A stretch of 63,878 nucleotides of DNA, filler included, from Choristocarpus tenellus KU-1152 (GCA_964200185.2; 13 parts of 13 records of this genome joined end to end with filler, not necessarily neighbours in it); one strand, 5' to 3'. Positions 38,711-50,432 are shown, numbered from the whole stretch's first letter. The notes: a model not told the origin generated them from the letters alone. Numbers and translations are program-made.

Positions 38711-38844
38711 TTTACTGGGCAGTTTAGGTTTATTTGGGCACCCGAATCATATTTCCGGTTTTTCAATTTATTTGGTTTTTTTCTCTTTTTAGGGTTAGGG
38801 TTGAGGTTTGAGAGTTAGAGTTAGGGGGAAGAGGTAAGGGGGGG

Positions 38845-38944
38845 NNNNNNNNNNNNNNNNNNNNNNNNNNNNNNNNNNNNNNNNNNNNTTAATTAATTAA
38901 NNNNNNNNNNNNNNNNNNNNNNNNNNNNNNNNNNNNNNNNNNNN
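38845..38944. other. Artificial contig linker
   Basis: N44-TTAATTAATTAA-N44. Confidence 0.98.
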
Positions 38945-40260
38945 GCACACTCCCCCATGAGAGTGCAGGCAATGAAAGAGTTGCTGGAACTCTCAAACCT
39001 AAAACATCTTATTGTGCACACTCCCATTCTGCACACTTCCCCATGAAAAATGGAATTAAAAGACGTCAGATGGTTCAATTCTCACACACATCACATTTGT
39101 CTTGTCAACGCAATAGAAGAACACTGATTGCTTGAACTCAAACATACGTCATTGATCTAGTCAACACAGTGATGTACAATCGTGTCCCATGATGACCCCT
39201 CGCTTAGTTTATGGTTAAAAATTTGAACCAGCCCCCTCTTGCTGTTTCTCTCGTTGGACGTAGCACTCCCCCAGGCTTGAAGCCTATCATAATTGAATGT
39301 CTTGTATATCCTCTTGTTGAGTGAAGTCCTTTGCTATCAACCTTCCTCGCCAGGGTGCCTCTGATGTGGAAGATGGTTCTTGATGGTCTGGAGTAGATCT
39401 TATTTACTTCCTGGACTTACAAGCCTTGTAAAGGGTGCCCTTTGCTGACAAGCTTCCTCTGGTTTTCTTTTCTGGCTCCAACCCTGGTCTAGCTAATTCC
39501 TCCGCCTGTTAAGACGGTGTCGCTCTCCTCGCCCGACAAACGATCTGAAGGTTTCCGTTAACTCCACAGTTGTAGCATATTCCTTCAAAAGAACAAGGAC
39601 CAATATGCTTGATCAGTCCACAGTTTAAACATCTTCTGTTGGTCCTGATCTCGTCTTTGGTAGGGGATCTTGTTGTAAAATGGTCCGTACGTTGGTCCGT
39701 ACGTTGACCAGTTGTACCTTGGCCGCCTCTTCCGCTGACCTTCTGTGTTCTCTTCCTTAAGTTTATGGTCCCAGCGGCTAGAGTGCTCCCAGGCTCCCCA
39801 CGGTTAGGTCCTCCTTTCATTTCTGGTGGAGGCTTAGTTACTGCTCTTGCTAATGTCCTGCTCCCCTAGTGGCGGATACAGCAATTGCTTTTCTCATTCT
39901 GTAAGCAAGAATCTTGGGGTCTCCAATCGATGGGCGTGCCCCCTTCAGGGACAAGTGTTGTGATGACTGCTCTAGGTCCATAGGTAGATTCTTGTGGCTC
40001 AGACACATGGCTCAGGCTCAGGATTGCAGCTCCGGCTGCATTGCCTCGATTAACTCCGTCATCTTGTCCCAGGGTCCCACTGCTCAATATTCGGCATGGT
40101 ATACCAGGTACCCAAAGTATCTTCTTGACCTCCAGTTCTAGCTTGTTATCGATCGTTCCATATCTCATGTCTCCTTAGCCTCCAGCTTCTATTTGTGTCG
40201 AAGGTGAAGGTCCACTTTGTTGGGATGGCGATGATGATACTGTTCTGACAGAAGCTACCA
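38945..40260 (-). mobile_element. Second deleted Copia derivative
   Basis: Colinear with 8366-10330; PPT GGGGGAGTGTG; KKILWVPGIPCRILS (post-protease VLxVP motif); two CCHC-like knuckles near 39540-39640. Confidence 0.85.
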
Positions 40261-40681
40261 CTGAGCGCATATAAGTATTGACATTATATGATGCTTGACC
40301 TCTTAGTACGAATATCTCAGTCGTGCCCGAGATATCGTTTGTTGCAATCTGCCCCCCCCCCCCCCCCCCCCTGTCCGATAACCCACCCTGCCTTTTACTA
40401 TTTTCTCGGGCAAGTTGTTGGACTTGTAACACATCACAGTGGGCGAACGGGGCAAGGGGTAGGTGGGAAGCGGTCGCGGGACACACGCGGTAGGCAGTAG
40501 TGAGCAACATGTTGCTGTCGACAGAAAGACCACGAGGGATAAAAAAGATCAACAGCGAAAAGATCAACAATTGGCTGACTGACGATGAACCAAACAAAGG
40601 AAGCTCGGTAACAACTTGGTAGATCAGAAGAGTCATCATGCGATCATGGAATAACGACAACACTCCATCACCCACCATTGG

Positions 40682-40883
40682 CAATTACAAACGACATCCT
40701 TCATAGATCCAATACGTTTGAAAGGTACGAAACGAAAAGGTCACAATTTTTTTTTATTCTCGGTCTCTTTCCAATATGAAATCGTATGCTGTTCGATATT
40801 TGTATTTTTTATAACACATTTGTCAAGGGAAAGACAAATCTGAGTTTTGAGGACCCAATGACCAGATGAAATAAAGCAGCACC
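40682..40883 (-). repeat. Inverted partial copy of the 240-bp unit
   Basis: Reverse complement of about 41452-41653. Confidence 0.93.
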
Positions 40884-40980
40884 TCCCATCCCTCAGTCCT
40901 CATTTCAATTCATTCCCTTCAGTACATACCACACGCACCTGTTATTTACCGATCCCCATCACACCCTCCCAACCTTCGCC

Positions 40981-41410
40981 ATGTCCAGCATTCGCTCAAC
41001 AACAACCCACCCGCCCGCCGATGGCGCTGCCCACGGATCGAGAACGTGGGACAGCGATCTTAAGGGCATGTCCTCGCTCCTAGGACATCATTACCTCGGC
41101 ACGTACCAGATGAAACTCGGCAACATCACATGCACGGAGATGATGCATCCACTGGGCGAGCGTGGCCTTGCGCGCGTCAGCAAGTCTATCCACGAGAAAG
41201 GCTGGCTGGAGCAGTTTGCTCCATCTGTGGTAATCCAGCGAGACCCTTAGGTAATGGGGACCAGCTCACCGCCAAAACCGCGCTTGCCATTCAAGGACAT
41301 ACACTGGACGGAAACCATAGAATAATGGTGCTGAAGAGAGAGTTTGATCCCGAACGTGCTTCATGATGCGGGTCTACATGGAGTTCAACCAAGCAGAAGA
41401 GAGGCTAATT
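40981..41410 (+). pseudogene. ParB/sulfiredoxin-like domain pseudogene fragment
   Basis: Two frameshifts join ..RGLARVSKSIHEKGWLEQFAPSVVI.. to ..TLDGNHRIMVLK.. and ..RVYMEFNQAEERLI; SIxxxG, PxxV and DGxHR spacing is ParB/Srx-like. Confidence 0.55.
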
Positions 41411-42170
41411 TTGTATTTGTTGATGTAAAGATTAGGATATTATTATTATTCGGTGCTGCTTTATTTCATCTGGTCGGTCGGTCCTCAAAACTCAGATTTG
41501 TCTTTCCCTTGACAATTGTGCTATAAAAAATACAAATATCGAACAGCATACGATTTTATATTGGAAAGAGACAGAGAGTAACAGTTTTTTGTGACATTTT
41601 CGTTTCGTACCTTTCAAACCTATTGGATCAATGAAGGATGTGGTTTGTAATTGTATTTGTTGATATAAAGATTAGGATATTATTATTTTTCGGTGCTGCT
41701 TTATTTCATCTGGTCGGTCGGTCCTCAAAACTCAGATTTGTCTTTCCCTTGACAATTGTGTTATAAAAAATACAAATATCGAACAGCATACGAGTTTATA
41801 TTGGAAAGAGACAGAGAGTAACAGTTTTTTGTGACCTTTTCGATTCGTACCTTTCAAAAGTATTGGATCAATGAAGGATGTGGTTTGTAATTGTATTTGT
41901 TGATGTAAAGACTAGAATATTATTATTATTTCGGTTCTGCTTTATTTCTTCTGGTCATTGGGTCCTCAAAACTCAGATATGTCTTTCCCTTGACAATTGT
42001 GTTATAAAAAATACGAATATCGAGCAGCATACGATTTTATATTGGAAAGAGACAGAGAGTAACAGTTTTTTGTGACCTTTTCGTTTCGTACCTTTCAAAC
42101 GTATTGGATCAAAGAAGGATGTGGTTTGTAACTGTATTTGTTGATGTAAAGATTACAATATCATTCTAAT
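41411..42170. repeat. 240-bp tandem array (3 units plus partial)
   Basis: TTGTATTTGTTGAT unit starts at 41411, 41651, 41891 and about 42132. Confidence 0.95.
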
Positions 42171-42617
42171 TCCGTAAAAACCCTAACGCAAGTGTTTTGG
42201 GTGTTCAACCGTAAACGCGATCCGGATGGATCTTTAATACCATAGATCCGCTTTTTTGTGGTCTCTAGCGTTTATTTGAATACTAAAGATGCCAAGAAGC
42301 GGATTTAGTATTTAAATAAATTGTGGGTACCAGTTGGAAGTGTCCTTTTAGTTTCTGAAAATTGGAAACGTGTGAGACCCATAAAGTGCGTTCTGGGTAT
42401 TTTCAAAAACTATAAGAACGGTTATTTCTGGATTTACTATTTATAAAAATACTAACGCACGTGTTTACGGTGTTCACGAGTAAAATCGATCCGATCGGAT
42501 CAGTTTTACTCAAAGAACCCCTTTGTGTCGCCTCTACAATTTACAAGAATCCAAATGTCCAATTTGGTAAGATTTTGTACATCAAAAATGTAGAGGGTGC
42601 TAGTTGTTTTTTGACGT

Positions 42618-43142
42618 TTTGGTTACTGAACATTGGAAACATACAAGATGAATGAAGTATGTGCTTTGTATCTTAAACAATTTGTAAGTACGGATATAAT
42701 CGGATTTACAACTTCCTAAAAACGTTATACACTGATTTTCAGGATCATGGATCTCAGGGTGATCCCACGGATAGCCCAGAGCTCAAACAAATTTGGTTTC
42801 GGAACATTGGAAACGCACAATATCAATTAAGTATGTGATTTGTATTTTAAACAATTTGTAAGTACGGATATAATCGGATTTACAACTCCCTCAAAACGTT
42901 ATACACGGATTTTCAATATCATAGATCTCAGGGTGGTCCCACGGATAGCCCGGAGCTCAAACAAAGTTGGTTTCGGAGCATTGGAAACGTACAATATATA
43001 TTAAGTATGTGATTTGTATTTTAAACAATTTATAAGTACGGATATAATCGGATTTACAACTTCCTCAAAACGTAATACACGGATTTTCAGGATTATGGAT
43101 CTCAGGGTGGTCCAACGGATAGCCCGGAGTTCAAATAAAGTT
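42618..43142. repeat. 174-bp tandem array (3 units)
   Basis: CATTGGAAAC recurs at 42631, 42805 and 42979. Confidence 0.95.
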
Positions 43143-43215
43143 CATATGCCCGCCTTCGAATCTAATCACTCCTAGACCTTCTCACTGCACAAGACCGCCT
43201 GTTGCCCGAAAACAC

Positions 43216-43458
43216 CATGACAGTTGCTTCCACAGCAAGGGGGTGGCTTTTGTTGCCTGCGTCTCTCCCTGTATTGCCCCCTCATCAGCCTGCCAACAAT
43301 GATGCGCTGGAGCTTTCTACCAATGACGCTTCAGCGACCGGCACCAAGCTTCGCCGAGGATGGGCTGAACCCATCCCGGTCAACAAACAGGGTGACTGCT
43401 GCAAGCACTTAGCCTGTGTGAAGAAGTTCGCGGCAGATAGCGAATCCTTCCTTGCCTG
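43216..43458 (+). CDS. Possible 5' part of an unknown ORF, open to contig end
   Basis: GC-richer open frame MTVASTARGW...GDCCKHLACVKK starting about 75 bp after the array. Confidence 0.3.
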
Positions 43459-43558
43459 NNNNNNNNNNNNNNNNNNNNNNNNNNNNNNNNNNNNNNNNNN
43501 NNTTAATTAATTAANNNNNNNNNNNNNNNNNNNNNNNNNNNNNNNNNNNNNNNNNNNN
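43459..43558. other. Artificial contig linker
   Basis: N44-TTAATTAATTAA-N44. Confidence 0.98.
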
Positions 43559-43989
43559 TTAGTCCCGCCGCGGGATGGAGGGGGGGGGCTAAACGTGGAC
43601 GGGGGGGTGACGGTGGAGCTGGGGGTGGGGATGGGGGAGTGGGTAGCTCTGGTTTGATGCCTTCCCTTAACATTATGGATCAGGAGGACAATGAAGGTGA
43701 AGAAGTGCCTTCTTCCTGTTCCTCTTATCTCTAACCGAACGGCTTAACAGTGTCATCTCTTCACAGTGAAATTTCCTCCCCCAGGAGCAGCAGGGTTGAT
43801 ACTTTTCACACGCCGAAGAAGTATGAAGAGTATTAAAAAGACCATTCATTGTAATTGGTGTGGTTTTGGGAACAATTACAGAATATTTGAATTGTCTATT
43901 GTTTTCCGCTGATAATTTTGCCTGCTGTATTCTGGGGGAAATAGTTGGAATTTGAATTTGAATTTGAATATAGCTTGCATTTTTAAACT

Positions 43990-44905
43990 GATCGAACTTC
44001 AATTCGACAGCAGTTAGGGTTTGTGGGTTGTTTGGTGGTAGTACCAGGTAGCTTTGTCAAGATACTTAGGACATCGTCGGTTGGATAACTGGCACGGTAC
44101 AGGTTGTAGCACTCTGTAGCACCATGAAGTTGCTCCATGATGTTCTGTACCACTACAGAACTGCTGCTCCGCAGTGCGATGAGATCGTCACTACAATATA
44201 TCCCAAAATGTGCTTATTTCATCACAAGAATGTGCAATGCTGCACAGCTCCTTTTGAAGATGTGCCTGATTGTGCTCTTAGTGCCGCCACAGGGTGTGCA
44301 TCCGAGGAGGATGAAATAGTAGGAGTTACAAACAACACCAAGAAGAGTAAATTCGTTTATAATTTTGTCGAATTTTAAGGGCAGCTTGTCTGGTAGAATT
44401 AGTTTCAGGTGGGCTTCAGGTCTGTCAGACATCCCAAGTTCTGAGAAGTTGAACTGAGTAGCCTCAGGAAATTTTTGTTTGGCCTCTGTGAGGAAGGCTT
44501 TGTACAGATCTTTGCTGTGCTGCCAGTTTCCTGTCGCTAGGTTTGAAGCAAATTGACATTCTCGAAAAGAACATTGCGCTCTGAGAAGTGCATGTAAACG
44601 CACTCTGAATTCAAATTTCCCTTTTAGGTTTTTGTCTGCAGAGTGGGCGGCACTCGCAGAGATCTGTTTCGAACTTAGACAAGGCCTCTGTCGTTTGTAT
44701 GTTTTCCAATGAACATGAATATTCCGCAGTAATTGAGAAATCGATTGCTTCTCTTGAGGACTGTACGGGCGATCAAATGCTTCAAGTCACTTCGAAACGG
44801 TCTGGGTTTTGAGGTTTCGTGCGTTTTTGTTGGTACGAGCATTGTATCGAATTTAAATAATAGAATGCGACCAGATATCCGCATAACAATCAATAGCAAG
44901 CATTT
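43990..44905 (-). pseudogene. Decayed intronless ORF of unknown origin
   Basis: ORF-track entries 44853-45131 and 44214-44603 share one frame that runs about 300 codons with only about 3 stops. Confidence 0.4.
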
Positions 44906-45419
44906 TTCTGTTTAAAAATAAATAAATCAGGTATAGTGGTCTTTTCCCGATACATATATATATATATATATATATATACATCGGGGACATTTGAGTAAGC
45001 CTTTCTTTTGAGGAGAGGGGGTCACGTGTATCGATGTGTTGCTGATTGAAACCAAGCTCTGCTTGGGTGGATAGCACTACTTGCGTTGAAGTGCTGCTGC
45101 TCAGGTTGAAGTGCACCAAAAAACACACCACACACAGTTTTTTTGCAGTGCGTGTGTGAATTCACTGAGATATTGTGGACAGTACTACGCCTCCACTTGT
45201 CGAAACCCACCTAGATTTTTCTTTTGTTGAACATTTTTTGCCGCCCGTGCGTAAAGCCCTCTCATATCATGCAAACAATAAAATTCACACTGTGCTCAGT
45301 TTCGCCGAGGATTTTTTATTTTTATTTTCTATGCTTCTGTATAGTAGGTAGTGCACAGTCCGTTCACTTAGATTGAGTTTTATTTTTATTTCTTTTCACC
45401 GGTGTGCATTCCTCCTCAG

Positions 45420-45805
45420 CTCCACCATGGGAGGGGGATCCTTGGGGAGGGGAAGAGGTGGATGGGGGAGGCCTGAAACCAGGGGGAGATGGCTCGGAAG
45501 GCAGAGGCTTTGGCTCCAAGTCTGACACAGGGGCTGATGCAGTGCCTGGGGCAGGGGGGCAAGTGGAGGGTTATGTTTTGCACCATGTGGAAGGATGGGA
45601 CGAGCAAGGTGATGCTGACAGTGCTGCAGTTACAGGGGCTATATTGGAGAGTTCTCCTGCGAGGCCAACTGTTGATGGGCCTAAGTCTTTTGTTCCAGCA
45701 GATGGAACAGATGTGGCTGACGACAAGGCAAAAAGTGAGATGATACACTGTGGGAAATGTGGTGGGACATTGGAGGGTCCTTTGCTCAGCACATGTCAGT
45801 GCAAG
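45420..45805 (+). CDS. Internal exon of unknown protein (Gly/acidic, CxxC..CxC motif)
   Basis: CCTCCTCAG acceptor, open frame ending CGKCGGTLEGPLLSTCQCK, donor AAG|GTGAGG. Confidence 0.7.
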
Positions 45806-47188
45806 GTGAGGAGGGGGGAGGGGGAGCTAGGTAGGAGGTGGCTGCATGTATCCCGCTAGCATGCTTTAGAACTTCCTACGTATCTAGCTGAGTCTGATTG
45901 GAGTTTGGTTTGCTCTTGTTAATTGGCAGATATGGTTTTGTACAGTGATGCTATAGATATGTCCCAATGAAACTTTGTTGTGTGAGAGCCAGTGCACCCC
46001 TTGAATCTGCACTGCGATGGTATTAATGGTAGTGCAGTGAGAGGGAGTTCCTAACACCTTCTTGCAGAGGCCTGAAAGGTATCTTATCCTTCATAGACAC
46101 TCACTGATAGTATTAATCAAATATATCGCAGGGGAATGGGGCAGGGGGATGAGAGCAACAGATAGCGGAGGCGTTGTACTGTAGGCGATGAACTTTCGCC
46201 TGTTGCTCTTGTTATTTATTGGTTGGATTGAAGCAAAGTACCCCAAAGTAGGAGATATGTTGTACTGCCCTCCCAAATGCGAGAAGCCTTTTTTTCTAGA
46301 GTTATTCTAGTTATGATATGTGTAAGGAGCTGAATAACCATGTTCATTACTGTCTTTTTTTTTGTGAAGCCCTTGTGTGTACTTTGTACTATAAATATAC
46401 GCTGAAACTTCCCACCACTTTTGTTCAAGAGGTCAGGTCCCTGTAGAAAGCAATAGATTTGCATATGGACGTATTGTTTTTGTGCCAGTTCTCATGTGTG
46501 CAGTGTGTGTGCTGCGACTTGATCCAATTCTTCATTATCTGCTGGAGGTGGGAGCGGATTGTTGAACTCAAAATGTATGGATTGAGTATTAAAAAAAGTG
46601 TGTTTTGCTCATTTTTCCAATGTCCACGGTTTGACCCCACTGGAGTAAACGTGCTGACCTCCATGCAACAAAGTGGTTGAGTGTGCTATGGTAGTACTTC
46701 AGAGCTGTGCACCTCAGATTATGTGTAATTTATTGACCTTTTTAATGTATTATATACAAATTGTTGCATCGTGTTTTTTTCAAGACCCTTGTGGGCTAGA
46801 CCATACTCAGGTTGAACCTGCAGCACTGCACAAGGTATTGTAGTTATTTTTGCTTGCAGAGTAATTACGGAATCTACTGATAGTGGGTCTGCCCGCAGGA
46901 ATATTTCTACTCTGAAGCTTCGTGTGTGTGTGTGTGTGTGTGTGTGCATGTTAACCCCTCTCTACATACTCTACACGTTCTCGTCTCCTCCAAGGGAGCT
47001 TGGTATTGTACGCATGACCCTTGTAGTAGAAGCGAGCTCGCTCTTCGTGCCGATCTATTTTCGTGCTGAAAGAGATTCCATTCGTTTGTTTTTATTCCAT
47101 TGCGAGTAGGTTAGGTAAGAGCCTGTCACAAAAAAACAACAACGTTACCCCACGTTTTATTTTCATTCTTTGCGTCCCACTGCGACAG

Positions 47189-47305
47189 ATCCCGGAGCTC
47201 ACTGATTCGGCAGAATCGGCCGTTGCTAGTGTTGCCGGTCAAGCAGGAGCTAAAGGTCTGCTCAAGTTGAAGGGTGTTCTTCGATCCTTCAATGACAGCG
47301 TCGAG
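47189..47305 (+). CDS. Next exon of the same unknown protein
   Basis: GACAG acceptor, IPELTDSAESAV...FNDSVE (39 codons, phase 0), donor GAG|GTTAGT. Confidence 0.7.
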
Positions 47306-47650
47306 GTTAGTTCAGATTTGGAGGCAAGGCTGTTGTCTTTCACCGCTGGGTCTTGTGGACGCTCTTGATACACCCTTTGAAATTTTCGCACCTGCTTGCG
47401 TGCGCTAGTAGTCCTTGTGAAAGCTGTTTGTTCTGACTTCTTCATGTGCAAACACCTGAGTGCTTAGTGATCTTTGATCAGGTTTTTGGAATGTGGGCTT
47501 GGAGTGGGAGGATCAATGAAAGGCGAGTTTAATATTTGTTTGTACAAAGCTACCTGAGTCAGGGGCGTTGTGACTCGGTGGATACCCTTTGCATCTTGCG
47601 CCCGGGGGGGGGGGATTGGGATGTCAGGTGTGGAGTGTACCATGTAGGGG

Positions 47651-47750
47651 NNNNNNNNNNNNNNNNNNNNNNNNNNNNNNNNNNNNNNNNNNNNTTAATT
47701 AATTAANNNNNNNNNNNNNNNNNNNNNNNNNNNNNNNNNNNNNNNNNNNN
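47651..47750. other. Artificial contig linker
   Basis: N44-TTAATTAATTAA-N44. Confidence 0.98.
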
Positions 47751-48066
47751 AAAGACACGCAGGATTATGTTTTATCCTGTGGCTGTCGCAGACGGAAGAG
47801 GACCAGGAGCGCACAAGTTGCAATGCTGCCAGCCAAGTTCCTAGAACCATGGCATGTACTTGAGATGGACCTACAAGATGTAGGACACATTTCAACAAAA
47901 GGCAATAAGTATCTGTTAATTGTGATTGATAGAGCTTCGAGATTCCCTTTTTGCATTTCTCATGGCGTCAAAGGACGCAACTGGAGTAGCAACAAATGTG
48001 TTAGAACTAGGTCTCACATTCGGGATCCCTCTGTCAATTCGTAGTGATGCGGGAGGGGAGTTCACA
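47751..48066 (+). mobile_element. Ty3/Gypsy integrase fragment
   Basis: PWHVLEMDL..GNKYLLIVIDRASRF and FGIPLSIRSDAGGEFT across one frameshift. Confidence 0.88.
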
Positions 48067-48129
48067 CTGGCAGACAGGCAATGTTGTAGGAGGAAAGATT
48101 GGTTAGATAAAATTGCTGGCGCTCTGTTC

Positions 48130-48367
48130 GAGTGAAATTATCTTAGAGGGTACGAGTTTTGTCCTGTTTGTCCATTTGGAGCTTGGCTTGCCATGTTTTT
48201 TTTTTATGACATTTGCCGACTCCAAATGTTTCGGAGTAGGTAAAATGTTTATGCTATGAAAGGTGTGTCCAGAACATGAATATTGACACTTCCTAACAAA
48301 CACGATCGCAACATTGGATTTTGGCCCCCAAGTGGACGCGGCTCTACCCTCTAAGATACTTTGGCTC
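48130..48367. mobile_element. MITE family B, complete copy
   Basis: GAGTGAAATTATCTTAGAGGGTA ... TACCCTCTAAGATACTTTGGCTC; 3-bp TSD TTC; an orphan TIR follows at 48411-48433. Confidence 0.92.
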
Positions 48368-48439
48368 TTCTTCACTGCTGCCGCCGCCTTCCCTCCCCCC
48401 AAATGCCCTGTACCCTCTAAGATACTTTGACTCTAAACA

Positions 48440-50240
48440 AACAATAGAGTTATAGGCCCCAACGTGAGGTGGAGTCCTTACAAGTCATCATAGATCAGTT
48501 CCTGTTGTTGAACTGTCTATAGGAACAACAATGCAGCCCCTCTGAGGGGGAGTACACCCCCACCTCCCTGCGGACGGCCTTGATGAAGGCGAACAGCAAC
48601 TCTGCACCAGGCCCTGATGGGATGCTCCCCAGCCATATCAGATCGGCCATCACGACAGATGTTGGTCATGAAGAAGTGGTGGAGACGTTTGCGAATCTTT
48701 GGGAGCTAGTCTACACCCCCGAACTCTTTACCTCCGAAGTTTTGGACACTCCAACAAACTCCAGATTGTCTGCAATTGGAGAGAAGTGATGCCCGGTTGC
48801 CTGTGACTCTTTCTTGAGAAGGGCGCATTTGCTTCAATCTTCTGTGCAGACTGGCGCTCCTACTTGGAGGAATATTTTGGCGCAATGGGATAATTTGGCA
48901 TAGAGATTCCAAACGGGGTGGAGCATGCCCTTCTAAACATTCGCCTATGGAATGAGTGTGGCCAATGGGTCATTAGCCTAGACGGAAGAAACGCCTTCAA
49001 CAGTGTACACCGCTCGGCCTTCGTCAAGGCTCTCCTTGAGACTCTACCAGGACTCCTTACCTACGTGTCCAAGGTGTAGTATGGTGACACCCGTAATATT
49101 TTTTCCCCCTGGATGCGGGAGGGATGAACATAATGCCATTGAGGTCAGGGGCACAACAAGGGGATCCCCCTCCTATATTGTATGGGGACCTCCAAAGAAA
49201 GCCCTACAGCAGGTCCAGTCTACCTTTGGACGCCAGAGGATGACACATCCATTTCCGCACGGGAGATCAACTGTAACACAATAGCTGCTTTCAAGCAGCT
49301 AAAAACAAATTTTCGTGAGGTAGGCATTGCCCTGAACATGGATAAGACCTTTGCTGCTCCTGAGTCAAAGTATCTTAGAGGCGGGTCAAAATCCAATGTT
49401 GCGATTTTGAGGTAATTTTATCTATCGTGTTTGTTAGGAAGTGCCAATACCCTTGTTCCGCACACACCTTTTCATAATGTATACATTTTACCTACTCTGA
49501 AACATTTTGGAGTAGATACAATGTCATTACAAACCCGTGGCTAGCCAAGCCCCGAACGGACAAACAGGTCAAACTCGTACCCTCTAAGATACTTTCACTC
49601 TCCTCCCCAGAGCCACCAACCCACGCCTCTCAGAACTGGTACCTCTAGCCTCAGTGGGAATCAACCTGGCCCCGAACTCAAATTGTTTCGTTACATTGGG
49701 GACTCCTGTGGGAACAGATGGATTCACCCAGGTCCACATGGCCGATGTGATCGAGACCTCTGGGTCACAAACACTGGCCACGCACCTCAGAGAGATGGAG
49801 GACAAACAAGTGGCCTGGCTCCTCAACTCCTGGTCCCTCTCCTCCCGTTTAGGCTATTTGGCAAGGGTCACTCCCCCCCACCTAGCACGCTCCACCATGG
49901 AGCAAGCAGACAATTACCTCACTATTGACGCTAGAGAAGATAATGGAGGTAGCAGACTTGGCAGGAGTCACTGACCTCTTCGAAGGGGTGTGTGACAATG
50001 CGTCTCTCCGCCTGGAGACTTACCAACAAGTACAGGCATAGATGCCCACAAGCTCGGGGGGGTTGGACCTATCCTCTATGAAGCATCGTCAGCATGCAGC
50101 CTTCGTAGGATCACTAGTGGCTACTCTCCCCACCCTCTCAGCAAAGAAACAAGGGCCTCAAGGAGAGTCTTTCTCACAAGCCATCTGTATGAGCCCCAGA
50201 GTAAGGGCCCTGGGATCATACATCCACACCCTCCTCTCCA
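48440..50240 (+). mobile_element. Decayed non-LTR retrotransposon RT, CRE-like
   Basis: SAPGPDG, LDGRNAFNSV, GIALNMDKT, LGTPVGT, YLARVTPP and MPTSSGGLDL motifs in order, with stops and frameshifts. Confidence 0.85.
49362..49600. mobile_element. MITE family B inserted in the RT
   Basis: GAGTCAAAGTATCTTAGAGG ... CCTCTAAGATACTTTCACTC; 4-bp TSD TCCT. Confidence 0.94.
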
Positions 50241-50418
50241 GGCTCAAAGTATCTGGGGGGGAGGGGGTGGCAGCTGTCCATTCGGGGCCTAGTTTTCCAT
50301 GTCGCAATTTTTGGGTGATTTGGTTGCATGCATATTATGGTTAATGTAAGTGTACTTCTCCTGGTCAGGGCCCGAATGGACACCCTGGTGTAGGACGCCG
50401 GCCGCCCCCCCCCCCCCC
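50241..50418. mobile_element. MITE family A, right end lost
   Basis: GGCTCAAAGTATCTGGGGGG start with full interior up to the C tract. Confidence 0.88.
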
Positions 50419-50432
50419 GCTCTGTGTTGTCT

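Noticed and set aside
41411-43142. Arrays as CRISPR
   Set aside because: Whole units repeat with no unique spacers, and no cas genes are present.
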